Shown here in pieces: positions 1 to 8,320 of a stretch of 43,063 nucleotides of DNA. Position numbers and translations under genes: made by a program. The stretch lies in the IMG/VR virus record IMGVR_UViG_3300006904_000002. One strand, written 5' to 3'. The notes below the pieces were generated by a model that ran no database searches, had not been told where the DNA came from, and saw nothing but the letters and a program-made list of their open reading frames with translations. How positions within the stretch are numbered: the first letter of the stretch is position 1; each line of letters begins with the position of its first letter. This DNA is from a virus.

Positions 1-120
1 TAAGATTACACAGCTTGAACTTAGTATGATGTTGGAGATTAACCGTCAATTGCAAGCTGATGGTACTGGTAATGGTGGAAAAGATATTACTGGTCTTGGT
101 CTTGCGGTTGAAGACGGTGC
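1..120. repeat. Terminal direct repeat, copy 1 (identical to 42944-43063); indicates a circular or terminally redundant genome of 42,943 bp
   Basis: Base-by-base comparison of the first and last 120 nt of the window. Confidence 0.95.
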
Positions 121-649
121 TGCATTCTCTACTTATGGTGGAATTAATTCATCTACTTTTGCTTACTGGCGTAATCAGTGGTTGAGCAACGTAGTTATTA
201 CTGAAGCATCTCCGCCTCATAGTGCTTTTATGGATGGTCTTAGAACTCTCTATAATAGCTGTTCAAGAGGTAAAGTCAAGCCTACAGTTATTATCTCCGA
301 TCAGTTCCTTTTTGAGAAGTATGAAGCATCACTTGTTCCCAACGAGCGTTTCATGGATATGAAACTTGGTGATGCTGGATTTCTCAACTTGATGTTCAAG
401 GCTACGCCTTGGGTATTCGACGATGATATGCCGTCTGCATCATTGACTGCTGGTTCAGATAATCATGAACTTGTAATGCTCAATGCAGATTTTCTTAAGT
501 TCGTTATGGGTAAAGGTAAGAATTTTGTTGTTACCGACTTTCAACGTCCTGAAAACCAAGATGCTAAAGTTAGTCAGATTTTGCTGTATGGCAATTTGAC
601 TTGCTCTAATCGTCAGCGTCAAGGACGTATGAACGTCGATACTGCGTGA
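2..649 (+). CDS. Major capsid protein, C-terminal part (same gene as 42597..43063, split by linearisation; 331 aa in total)
   Basis: Frame is open from the window edge to TGA 647-649. It is in frame with ATG 42597 after subtracting 42943. Position is directly after the scaffold-like gene and before the decoration-like gene. Confidence 0.7.
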   Translation, partial: KITQLELSMMLEINRQLQADGTGNGGKDITGLGLAVEDGAAFSTYGGINSSTFAYWRNQWLSNVVITEASPPHSAFMDGLRTLYNSCSRGKVKPTVIISDQFLFEKYEASLVPNERFMDMKLGDAGFLNLMFKATPWVFDDDMPSASLTAGSDNHELVMLNADFLKFVMGKGKNFVVTDFQRPENQDAKVSQILLYGNLTCSNRQRQGRMNVDTA

Positions 650-672
650 TTCTTAGGAAAGGAGATAAAACG

Positions 673-1326
673 ATGGCTATTAAGATTCTTGTTAATCCGT
701 TTGAAGATACCACAACTAGTCCTAAGCATGAACTTGGGATTATTGTTAGCGATCCGCGTGGTGGTGGTCAAGGTTCAAAGTCTTATCAGGATGTACTACC
801 AGGCGAAGGAACAGGTACAAGTGGTTATCCAACTGCTTTGACTATTCGTAAACCGGGTGCTGGTTATTGTCCTGATGCTGAGTTTCAGTATGTTAGAAAT
901 GCTGACACTGATCCATTGATTGCTGGTAGTGCTGTGATGTACACGCTCGGCGCTACTGACGAAAATGGTGCAGTTGAGTTTGCTGCTACCACATCTAACT
1001 TAATTGCTGGTGTTGCAGTTAGAACTATTGCTGCTGGTTCATATGGATGGATTCAGGTTAGAGGTAAAGTTCCTGTAACTTCAACTAGTACAAGTTCTGA
1101 TGCTGAGTTGCGTGGTGGTGTTAGAGTAGCTACAGATATTGCTACAGGTTCATTCCTTGTTATATCTGCTACTGATGGTGTTCTGACCACTTATACAACC
1201 TCAACATCTACACTTGTTCAGCTTATGGCTATTCTTGGTGGTAAGAGAGTTTACAGTATTGACTCTGGAATCAATCTTGCTACTTCTGGTGGAACTGATT
1301 ATCGCTGCGAAGCTATAATCTTCTAA
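673..1326 (+). CDS. Head decoration / cement-like protein (DUF2190-like pattern) with Ser/Thr-rich tracts
   Basis: ATG 673 is preceded by AGGAAAGGAG. The track start at 646 is a GTG with no SD. Motif IAGVAVRTIAAGSYGWIQVRGKVPV resembles decoration proteins. TSTSTSS and TTYTTSTST tracts are present. The gene lies immediately after the capsid gene. Confidence 0.4.
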   Translation: MAIKILVNPFEDTTTSPKHELGIIVSDPRGGGQGSKSYQDVLPGEGTGTSGYPTALTIRKPGAGYCPDAEFQYVRNADTDPLIAGSAVMYTLGATDENGAVEFAATTSNLIAGVAVRTIAAGSYGWIQVRGKVPVTSTSTSSDAELRGGVRVATDIATGSFLVISATDGVLTTYTTSTSTLVQLMAILGGKRVYSIDSGINLATSGGTDYRCEAIIF

Positions 1327-1332
1327 ACAAAT

Positions 1333-1352
1333 GGGGGGTCTAAACACCCCCC
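1333..1352 (+). terminator. G6/C6 stem-loop after the capsid/decoration genes (attenuator or partial terminator)
   Basis: GGGGGG-tctaaaca-CCCCCC lies 7 nt after the stop at 1324-1326. The downstream tract is only weakly T-rich. Confidence 0.4.
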
Positions 1353-1366
1353 TAACTAAATTAATT

Positions 1367-2134
1367 ATGGAACAATCACTAGATAACAAAGGACTACTAA
1401 TACAAAGACAACCATATCAGGAAATACAAATTACTGATGAGTGGTCAAAGAATACTGAGAAACTAAAGATTTCTGCATTTGTATCTGCTCCTAGACTTGG
1501 TTTTACAGATCATCATAGAGTTGCACAGATGACTCTAAACTCATTTAATATACCACTTACTGTAACTGGTGGTGCTTGGTGGGAACACGCAATACAAAAT
1601 ACTATAGTTCAACTAATAGATGGTGGTTCAGATATACTTATTTCACTTGATTATGATTCTGTATTCTTTCCAGATGATCTAAAAGAACTACTTTTGCTAA
1701 TGGTTAGGTATCCACATATTGATGCTCTTGTACCTATTCAGAATAAACGTGGTAATAAAAACGATATTCTTTGTGTTATAGAAGGAGTAAATTACTTCAC
1801 TCCTACTATGGCAAGCAGTGATCTAACTAAAATAAGTATTGGTCACTTCGGATTGACAGTATTTAGAGCTACTGCGTTTAAAGATGTACCTAAACCTTGG
1901 TTAGTTGGTGTACCTAATGAGAATGGTGACTGGCATTCAGGGCAAATCAACCCTGATATTTACTTCTGGAAGAAGTTTAAAGAATACGATAAGAATGTTT
2001 ACTTAGCCAATCAAGTTAAGATTGGTCATATTGACGAATACTTGGTTATTATGAACCAAAATAACCAAGTTATGCGTTATAAACTTAATGATTATTTGCT
2101 TGGCAAATTCGATAGGAGTCTAGGAAATGAGTAA
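1367..2134 (+). CDS. GT-A fold glycosyltransferase-like protein (family-2-like)
   Basis: ILISLDYDSVFFPDDL gives a beta-strand plus a DxD-like motif. The distal NPDIYFWKKFKEYDKNVYLANQVKIGHI resembles the GT2 C-terminal half. Start moved to ATG 1367 because ATG 1331 lies inside the G6/C6 hairpin. Confidence 0.5.
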   Translation: MEQSLDNKGLLIQRQPYQEIQITDEWSKNTEKLKISAFVSAPRLGFTDHHRVAQMTLNSFNIPLTVTGGAWWEHAIQNTIVQLIDGGSDILISLDYDSVFFPDDLKELLLLMVRYPHIDALVPIQNKRGNKNDILCVIEGVNYFTPTMASSDLTKISIGHFGLTVFRATAFKDVPKPWLVGVPNENGDWHSGQINPDIYFWKKFKEYDKNVYLANQVKIGHIDEYLVIMNQNNQVMRYKLNDYLLGKFDRSLGNE

Positions 2135-2573
2135 TGAATTTGATTTTGAAGCTATGTTTGAGGAAGTTGCAGATAATACACCTGAACAGGAAACAATAAT
2201 TGATCCTGAAGTTCTTGAGAATCCTAATATCAGACCAGTTCAGGCAGTAACTAAACCAACAATGTCTTTCAATAAGCCTAAAACTGTAACTAAGTCAGAT
2301 AAACCAAAACGTAAGTTTATTTCTAAAGAAACTCAGATTGATAAATTCAATATTAAAAGAGTAAAGATCGAACTTACTCCATCTGTTTGTGATGTATGCG
2401 CTTTTGATGTTGCTGGTAAACATTTCGGTAGTTGGCATAGCGTACCAGAAACAGAGAAAGAGAAGATTAAGAAAGCTGTAGAAGAGCATAAACGAGTTGT
2501 TCATCCACTTAATCAGAACTTAATTGTAGATGAGGATGAAATACCTACACAGTGGCTTGGTCAATCTAAATAG
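2127..2573 (+). CDS. Hypothetical morphogenesis-module protein
   Basis: ORF in the track with AGGAG 9 nt upstream and an 8-nt overlap with the preceding gene. Confidence 0.6.
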   Translation: MSNEFDFEAMFEEVADNTPEQETIIDPEVLENPNIRPVQAVTKPTMSFNKPKTVTKSDKPKRKFISKETQIDKFNIKRVKIELTPSVCDVCAFDVAGKHFGSWHSVPETEKEKIKKAVEEHKRVVHPLNQNLIVDEDEIPTQWLGQSK

Positions 2574-2582
2574 GATATAACA

Positions 2583-3296
2583 ATGGCATTATTAACAGTA
2601 AATGCATTAGCTTTAATATTACTTAGAGAACAAGATGAAGCTACAGATAATACTGAAATGGTTTCTACTGTAGAGTCTTGGATTGATGATGCCGTTGATG
2701 AGATAGCTAATGCTTATGAGTGGAAATTATTTCAGCAAGTTGACTCATTAAGTACAGTAGCATCGCAACAGGCATATGCCTTAGCTCAAGATGTTATTGA
2801 TATTAAATCAATTAGGTTTACAGATACAGATGAACCTATTGATTATCAAGACATAATGAATCTAACTAATATTGCTGAGAACTTCGAGAATACAGGCAAG
2901 CCTAGATTCTGGTTTTATCTTGAACCAACAGTAGGATCAAATGAACTAATTAAGAACATTGGTCTTAGTCCTATACCTGATGCAATTTATCCACTTAAGT
3001 TACACGTTCAAGTACATCCAACAACTACAGCTTTAGGTACTGCTGATAATATTCCATTTCGTAAAGAAATGGTTTTAGCTATTAAGCATAGAGTTAGAGC
3101 TTATATTTTGATGAATGATAAAGACTATGAAGGATCTAAGTTTTATTTACAAGCCTTTTATGCTAAACTAGAAGAAATGAAAGGTATGGAAACAAGATCA
3201 CCTGCTGCTAAATATCTTATTATGCAGCCAAGAGATTTAGGAAGTCAATCTGATAGACGCTTTGCTAGATTAGATCCATCCCATTTCAGATCATGA
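2583..3296 (+). CDS. Structural-module protein, possible head-tail adaptor
   Basis: Position between the head and tail genes. The N-terminal helical segment resembles gp6-like connectors (weak). Confidence 0.3.
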   Translation: MALLTVNALALILLREQDEATDNTEMVSTVESWIDDAVDEIANAYEWKLFQQVDSLSTVASQQAYALAQDVIDIKSIRFTDTDEPIDYQDIMNLTNIAENFENTGKPRFWFYLEPTVGSNELIKNIGLSPIPDAIYPLKLHVQVHPTTTALGTADNIPFRKEMVLAIKHRVRAYILMNDKDYEGSKFYLQAFYAKLEEMKGMETRSPAAKYLIMQPRDLGSQSDRRFARLDPSHFRS

Positions 3297-3757
3297 AATA
3301 TATACATCTTGATAATAATGAAGTTGCGTTAGTTGATGATGAAGACTATGATTTTGTTTCGTCATTTAATAAATGGCATATTAATTCAGTTGGTTATTTA
3401 GCTACTAGTAAGATGATTAATTATGATAGAACTTTCTATACAATGCATCGAATAATAATGGAGAGATTACTAGGCGAAGCAATACCAGAAGGTTTGGTGA
3501 TAGATCATAAAAATAGAAATAAGTTAGATAATCGTAGAGAAAATCTTAGACTCGCAACATATAGTCAAAATAACATTAACTCTAAAATCCCTGAAAATAA
3601 TACTTCAGGACATAAAGGAATTGGCTTTCATAAGAAAAGAAATCAATGGAGAGCTAGAATAGGCAAATGTCATTTAGGGTGGTTTGAAACAATCGAAGAA
3701 GCAATCGAAGCAAGAAAATTAGCAGAAAGAATATTCTATAGTGAGTTTACAGAATAA
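3293..3757 (+). CDS. HNH (HNH_3-type) plus AP2-domain homing endonuclease
   Basis: IDHKNRNKLDNRRENLRLATYSQNNIN is an HNH motif. GIGFHKKRNQWRARIGKCHLGWFETIEEAIEARKLAE is AP2-like. ATGA overlap with the upstream gene. Confidence 0.8.
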   Translation: MKYIHLDNNEVALVDDEDYDFVSSFNKWHINSVGYLATSKMINYDRTFYTMHRIIMERLLGEAIPEGLVIDHKNRNKLDNRRENLRLATYSQNNINSKIPENNTSGHKGIGFHKKRNQWRARIGKCHLGWFETIEEAIEARKLAERIFYSEFTE

Positions 3758-3760
3758 GTT

Positions 3761-5395
3761 ATGCCACTACCTACAGTAAATAGAACTGATCCTATCTCTC
3801 AAACCAGTTGGAATTCTGGTATGATAACCACTCTTCCACCTGAAGAGTTACCAGAAGATGCAGCAGCTTTGATAGAGAACTTTGAGTTTGATGATATAGC
3901 TAATCTATCTACTAGAACTTCTCCATCACAGTTAGTTGATACCAACTTGGGTAGTCGTATACTAGCTCTATTCACTGCAACATTTAGTAATGGAACAAGT
4001 AAAATAGTATTTGTTATAAATACAAGTTTAGCTGATTTGTATTGGATGAATACAGATGGTACTAGCGTAACTAAATTAGCTGATGATGTTGGTCCACAGA
4101 ATCAAAGATATTACTTTGTAATGTTCAATGATTACATTATCTTTGGTTATAGTACAAGTGCTGATACTACTGGTGATCTACAAAAGATAGATTCATCAGG
4201 AACAGTAAGTACTTTGTTTTCAAGCTTTACATCACCATTCCCAACTGGATCACAAATAGTAGTTTGGAATAGTAGACTATGGACATTTGGTACAGATACT
4301 TCAGGTACACTAAATACAATTAGTGGGTCAAAGATAAATGATCCAACCGATTACGTACTTGACAATACTGATAGTGGTGCTATTAGAATAACAATTGAAC
4401 CTAATGATGGTGATTCTATCCGCGCTATATCGGTATTTAAAGGTAACTTAATTGTATACAAATCTAACAAAATTTATATAGTATCTGCTATATCTGCTCC
4501 TGCTACAATACCATCTAATCTGAGAGTAGATGAATATGCACATAATATAGGTTGTATTCATCCAGCTACTATTCAGGATGTATTAGACGATCAGATATTT
4601 CTATCTGCACAAGGTGTAACGTCATTAACTTTAAGTGCTTTAGGAGAATCTAAAACATCTTCATTATCAAGAAATATACAAGAGCTAGGTGAAGTAAAGA
4701 GAACAACTAATGTATTTGAAACAGCAATATCTAATTCTTGTGCATCTTTAAATATTAAGCATAAGCAACAATACTGGGTATTTGTTCCTGCTTCATTAGG
4801 AAATGGAACAGATACGACTTGGGTAATGGATTATTCAGATATTCAGAAGAGAGATGAGTTTGGATTTCCTTTAGTTAGATGGAGTAAGTTTACAGGTAAC
4901 ATAGTTTCTTCTATATACGCTGAGTTTATCAAAGGTACTAATGCTTACCTAATGGTTGATGATACTAGCACAGATAAGGATATAGTTTTAAAGTATGATC
5001 CATTAACAAATCCAACTACGTTTACTGGAACTCATACAAGAAGAATATTAAGTAGAGCATTCGGAGCAGCTACTTTAAGAACCCTATGGCTTAGATTTGC
5101 TATTACTTTAAAGAAATTAACTACTAGTGTTGCTTATACAATTAGTTATTATTACGATGGTTATACAACTTCATCAGCAGGCAGTTATTCAGAATCATTA
5201 ACAGGAACACCAGCAAATAACAATAGAACTATTTGGAGAAGTTTTAGGAAGAATGATTCAGGTAAAAAAGCTAACTTAGTACAAATAGATATTACAGCTA
5301 ATACAACAGATCAAGGCTTTACAGTCAAGTCAATGGCAATAGAGAGAACACAATTGAATTTCCGTAGATCCACTACTAAGTGGAATAGCGATTAA
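3761..5395 (+). CDS. Tail / nozzle-type structural protein (repetitive beta-rich)
   Basis: 544-aa ORF in the tail part of the structural arm. No catalytic motif recognised. Confidence 0.4.
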   Translation: MPLPTVNRTDPISQTSWNSGMITTLPPEELPEDAAALIENFEFDDIANLSTRTSPSQLVDTNLGSRILALFTATFSNGTSKIVFVINTSLADLYWMNTDGTSVTKLADDVGPQNQRYYFVMFNDYIIFGYSTSADTTGDLQKIDSSGTVSTLFSSFTSPFPTGSQIVVWNSRLWTFGTDTSGTLNTISGSKINDPTDYVLDNTDSGAIRITIEPNDGDSIRAISVFKGNLIVYKSNKIYIVSAISAPATIPSNLRVDEYAHNIGCIHPATIQDVLDDQIFLSAQGVTSLTLSALGESKTSSLSRNIQELGEVKRTTNVFETAISNSCASLNIKHKQQYWVFVPASLGNGTDTTWVMDYSDIQKRDEFGFPLVRWSKFTGNIVSSIYAEFIKGTNAYLMVDDTSTDKDIVLKYDPLTNPTTFTGTHTRRILSRAFGAATLRTLWLRFAITLKKLTTSVAYTISYYYDGYTTSSAGSYSESLTGTPANNNRTIWRSFRKNDSGKKANLVQIDITANTTDQGFTVKSMAIERTQLNFRRSTTKWNSD

Positions 5396-6004
5396 ATGAA
5401 TCAAAGTAAGTTAATAACTAGAGCAGAATTACCCAACATACATACTGCATTTGGCAATATAGGAAATTCTTGGAATAATCCATTGCCAAATGATTTATTT
5501 ATTAAAGGTGTTCCTAAGTGTATATATAGTGCGCAAGGTGCTGGAAACGTAGGAACAGGATTAGATGTACTATTTTCTTTTAGCTTCCCAGCAAAAACAC
5601 TTCCAAAAGATCAAGATTATTTTCGTGCTACCTTCTTAGGAGATTTTGGAGTAAATAACGATGATAAAAGACTTGCAGCAGCTTTTAATAGTACTTTATG
5701 GGATACTGGTTTAATTGATATTGATAGTCAGGGGTTTCTTCTTGATATGATTGGAGTTAGAAGAGATGCAACCCATATGGACATCACAACATCAATTCAA
5801 ATATCTTTTGTTAAAATAGATAGTGCTGGTGTAGTCACGGCTAGCGGTGGTTTTGAACTTGCTGTAATTACAAATAATAATTTAGTTGTTCAAAATTTAG
5901 ATAATGGTACTGATAATACATTTTTTGTAACAGGAGAATCAGCAACAGCTACTAATAATAACGTTGCTCTTTTACAAGCTGTAATTGAATTAGTTCGTCG
6001 GTAA
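5396..6004 (+). CDS. Tail-associated structural protein
   Basis: ORF starts 1 nt after the previous stop, in the structural arm. Confidence 0.4.
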   Translation: MNQSKLITRAELPNIHTAFGNIGNSWNNPLPNDLFIKGVPKCIYSAQGAGNVGTGLDVLFSFSFPAKTLPKDQDYFRATFLGDFGVNNDDKRLAAAFNSTLWDTGLIDIDSQGFLLDMIGVRRDATHMDITTSIQISFVKIDSAGVVTASGGFELAVITNNNLVVQNLDNGTDNTFFVTGESATATNNNVALLQAVIELVRR

Positions 6005-6015
6005 GAAAGGACAAT

Positions 6016-7011
6016 ATGCCATTAAATCCATTTCAACAAGCTGTTAGTGATCTAGCTAGATCACTAGGTTTACGTGGTCAAGCTGAACAGCAAGTGTATA
6101 ACACGCCACAATATCAACAACTTATTACTCAGCAGTTGGGTAATATCCCATTGCCTGCTGGTGTTGATGAATCTATGGTTGTGTCTCGTACTCCACAAAT
6201 GGTAGAGTATAGGGATGCACAAGGATATATTCATAGACTTGAAAGAGGTTTAGATGCTAGGGATCAATCTAGGTTTGGTCAAGTTACTGAGACTTCGACC
6301 AATAGACCAGCAATACTTCCTCTTGAAGCTACTAATCCTAGTGCACCTACACAGCAACAGCAGCAGACACTAACAGAGACATTGACAAATGCTTTAAATA
6401 ATCCAGTTGCTTTATCTCAAATTGATCCTGCTGCACAAGCACAACTACAGCAAATCTTTCAAGCTCAGAATGCTTTGCAAGAAGATGCATTTAATAAAGC
6501 ACAAGGAACTTCAGTAGCTCAATTAGTTGGAAATGGAGTAGGCGCATCTTCCATTGCTGGACAGATTATGAATCAATTGTTGCAAGGACAATCACTTGCA
6601 AGAGGACAACAGCAAGCTAATCAGAATCAATTGCAATTAGGATTGCAGCAATTCCTAACATCACAGCAAGGACAGAATACACAGAATCTACAACAGTTTA
6701 TTCAGAACTTACTTGGATTAGGTACACAGAGAGATATTGCTGGCGGTCAATTAGGATTGCAACAGCAACAGTTGAATAATCAAAACAATCAATTTTACGA
6801 TCAACTATTTCAACAGCAGTTGGCACAAGAAGAAGCACAGAGACAAGCTGAAAGGCAAGCTCTTTGGAATAATATATTTAAAGGGATTGCTGCTGGTACT
6901 GGCGTAGCTAGTGGGATAGCTAGTGGTGGTCTTAGCTTTGGAAGTCTATTTGGTGGTGCTAAGAGCAATGGTTCTATATATGGTGCTGGTAGTCAGTATC
7001 CTCAGAATTAA
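6016..7011 (+). CDS. Q/N-rich internal virion (ejection) protein with a glycine-zipper C-terminus
   Basis: Long Q/N-rich low-complexity core. C-terminus is IAAGTGVASGIASGGLSFGSLFGGA. First of three consecutive genes analogous in order and size to T7 gp14-15-16. Confidence 0.45.
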   Translation: MPLNPFQQAVSDLARSLGLRGQAEQQVYNTPQYQQLITQQLGNIPLPAGVDESMVVSRTPQMVEYRDAQGYIHRLERGLDARDQSRFGQVTETSTNRPAILPLEATNPSAPTQQQQQTLTETLTNALNNPVALSQIDPAAQAQLQQIFQAQNALQEDAFNKAQGTSVAQLVGNGVGASSIAGQIMNQLLQGQSLARGQQQANQNQLQLGLQQFLTSQQGQNTQNLQQFIQNLLGLGTQRDIAGGQLGLQQQQLNNQNNQFYDQLFQQQLAQEEAQRQAERQALWNNIFKGIAAGTGVASGIASGGLSFGSLFGGAKSNGSIYGAGSQYPQN

Positions 7012-7020
7012 GGAGACAAT

Positions 7021-8319
7021 ATGCCACAAGATAATAAAAACTTAGGTGTAACACAAATAACTGATACTGCTCCACCATCTAATATATTTCTTCCTGATCC
7101 AGCACTAATGCCGCCTACTGGTGATGCTTATTCACAACTGACTCAACTACTAACTCAGTTGCAATCACAGCAATACCAACCACCAAAGCAAGGAGCATTA
7201 GAAACTATATTAACAGCATTGGCGCAAGGTGCGTCAATTGCTGCATCTAATGATCCTGGTACTGCACTATCCAATATACTTAGTCAGAGACAGCAGATTC
7301 AACAGAATAGAGAGAATCAGGAAAGAGCAAGACAAGGACAGATACAGACTGCTATGGTTCAAGGAGCATTGGACAAAGCAAGGAATGTAACACAAGAACA
7401 ACAGACAGCTAGAAAAGAAGGTAGAGAGTTTGCATATAAAGGTGCTGAAACTCAATTACAGATTGAAGCACAAAAGCAAATTGATCTAAATAAGTTGGAT
7501 ATAGCACAAAGAGAAGCAATTCAGAACAATGATTTAGCTAATCGTTTCTCAGTAGATCAATCTATGAGAACTAAGAGAGATGCATTAGCTAAAGCTGCTC
7601 CTGAGCTATTTGCTAAAGGAATTGAAATACAATCTTTGATGCAAACAATAGTACCAGATATGCCAAGAGAAGTAGCTGCATCTATAGCTAGAAAGCAATC
7701 TGGTCAAGAGCCACCTAACTATACTCCTAATGAGAATCAGTGGTATAATAAGTATGTTCAGGCTAGGAATGAAGAATACAAAACTGATAAAGATTTAGCT
7801 AGAAGGGTTAAAGAATCAGAGATTACAGAGAATGAAGCACAAGCTCTGTATTATAAGAATAGTAAGATTCAGGATAGATACCAGAACGCATTAAATACTA
7901 ACTTAGGTAATGCTATGGCTGATTCTATAGATACTGTTTACTATAGAGATAAGAATGGTGTTATTTATTCTGACAAAGAAGTTAAAGCCTTATCTTCTAG
8001 TAATCCTACTTGGGGTATTATCAATAAACCAGTACCACTAAGTGATGAAGAAAATAAGCAACAAGTATTGAATAATGTTCAGAAACAAAAGCAGTTAGAA
8101 AGTGTAGTAATACAGAATAAGGCTACTGCTAACCCTATGCCTGGACAGCCTAGCACTAAACTAAATGCTGAACAGATCATACAAGATGCTAGGGCTAAAG
8201 GTAGGACTGATGAGCAAATAAAAGTTATTCTCAAAGCTAATGGATTTGATCCAAATCTTGTTAATCCAAAGAAAACTAAGTTGCCTTATAACATAAACCC
8301 TAAAGATATTATTAAGTAA
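7021..8319 (+). CDS. Coiled-coil internal virion (ejection) protein
   Basis: 432 aa, Q/E/K-rich and helical. Second gene of the trio. Confidence 0.45.
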   Translation: MPQDNKNLGVTQITDTAPPSNIFLPDPALMPPTGDAYSQLTQLLTQLQSQQYQPPKQGALETILTALAQGASIAASNDPGTALSNILSQRQQIQQNRENQERARQGQIQTAMVQGALDKARNVTQEQQTARKEGREFAYKGAETQLQIEAQKQIDLNKLDIAQREAIQNNDLANRFSVDQSMRTKRDALAKAAPELFAKGIEIQSLMQTIVPDMPREVAASIARKQSGQEPPNYTPNENQWYNKYVQARNEEYKTDKDLARRVKESEITENEAQALYYKNSKIQDRYQNALNTNLGNAMADSIDTVYYRDKNGVIYSDKEVKALSSSNPTWGIINKPVPLSDEENKQQVLNNVQKQKQLESVVIQNKATANPMPGQPSTKLNAEQIIQDARAKGRTDEQIKVILKANGFDPNLVNPKKTKLPYNINPKDIIK

Positions 8320-8320
8320 T

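Noticed and set aside
610-673. Possible T7 10A/10B-style -1 frameshift fusing capsid to the decoration-like ORF (the -1 frame is open from 610)
   Set aside because: There is no X-XXY-YYZ slippery heptamer in the 12-codon window. The downstream gene has its own strong SD and ATG at 673.
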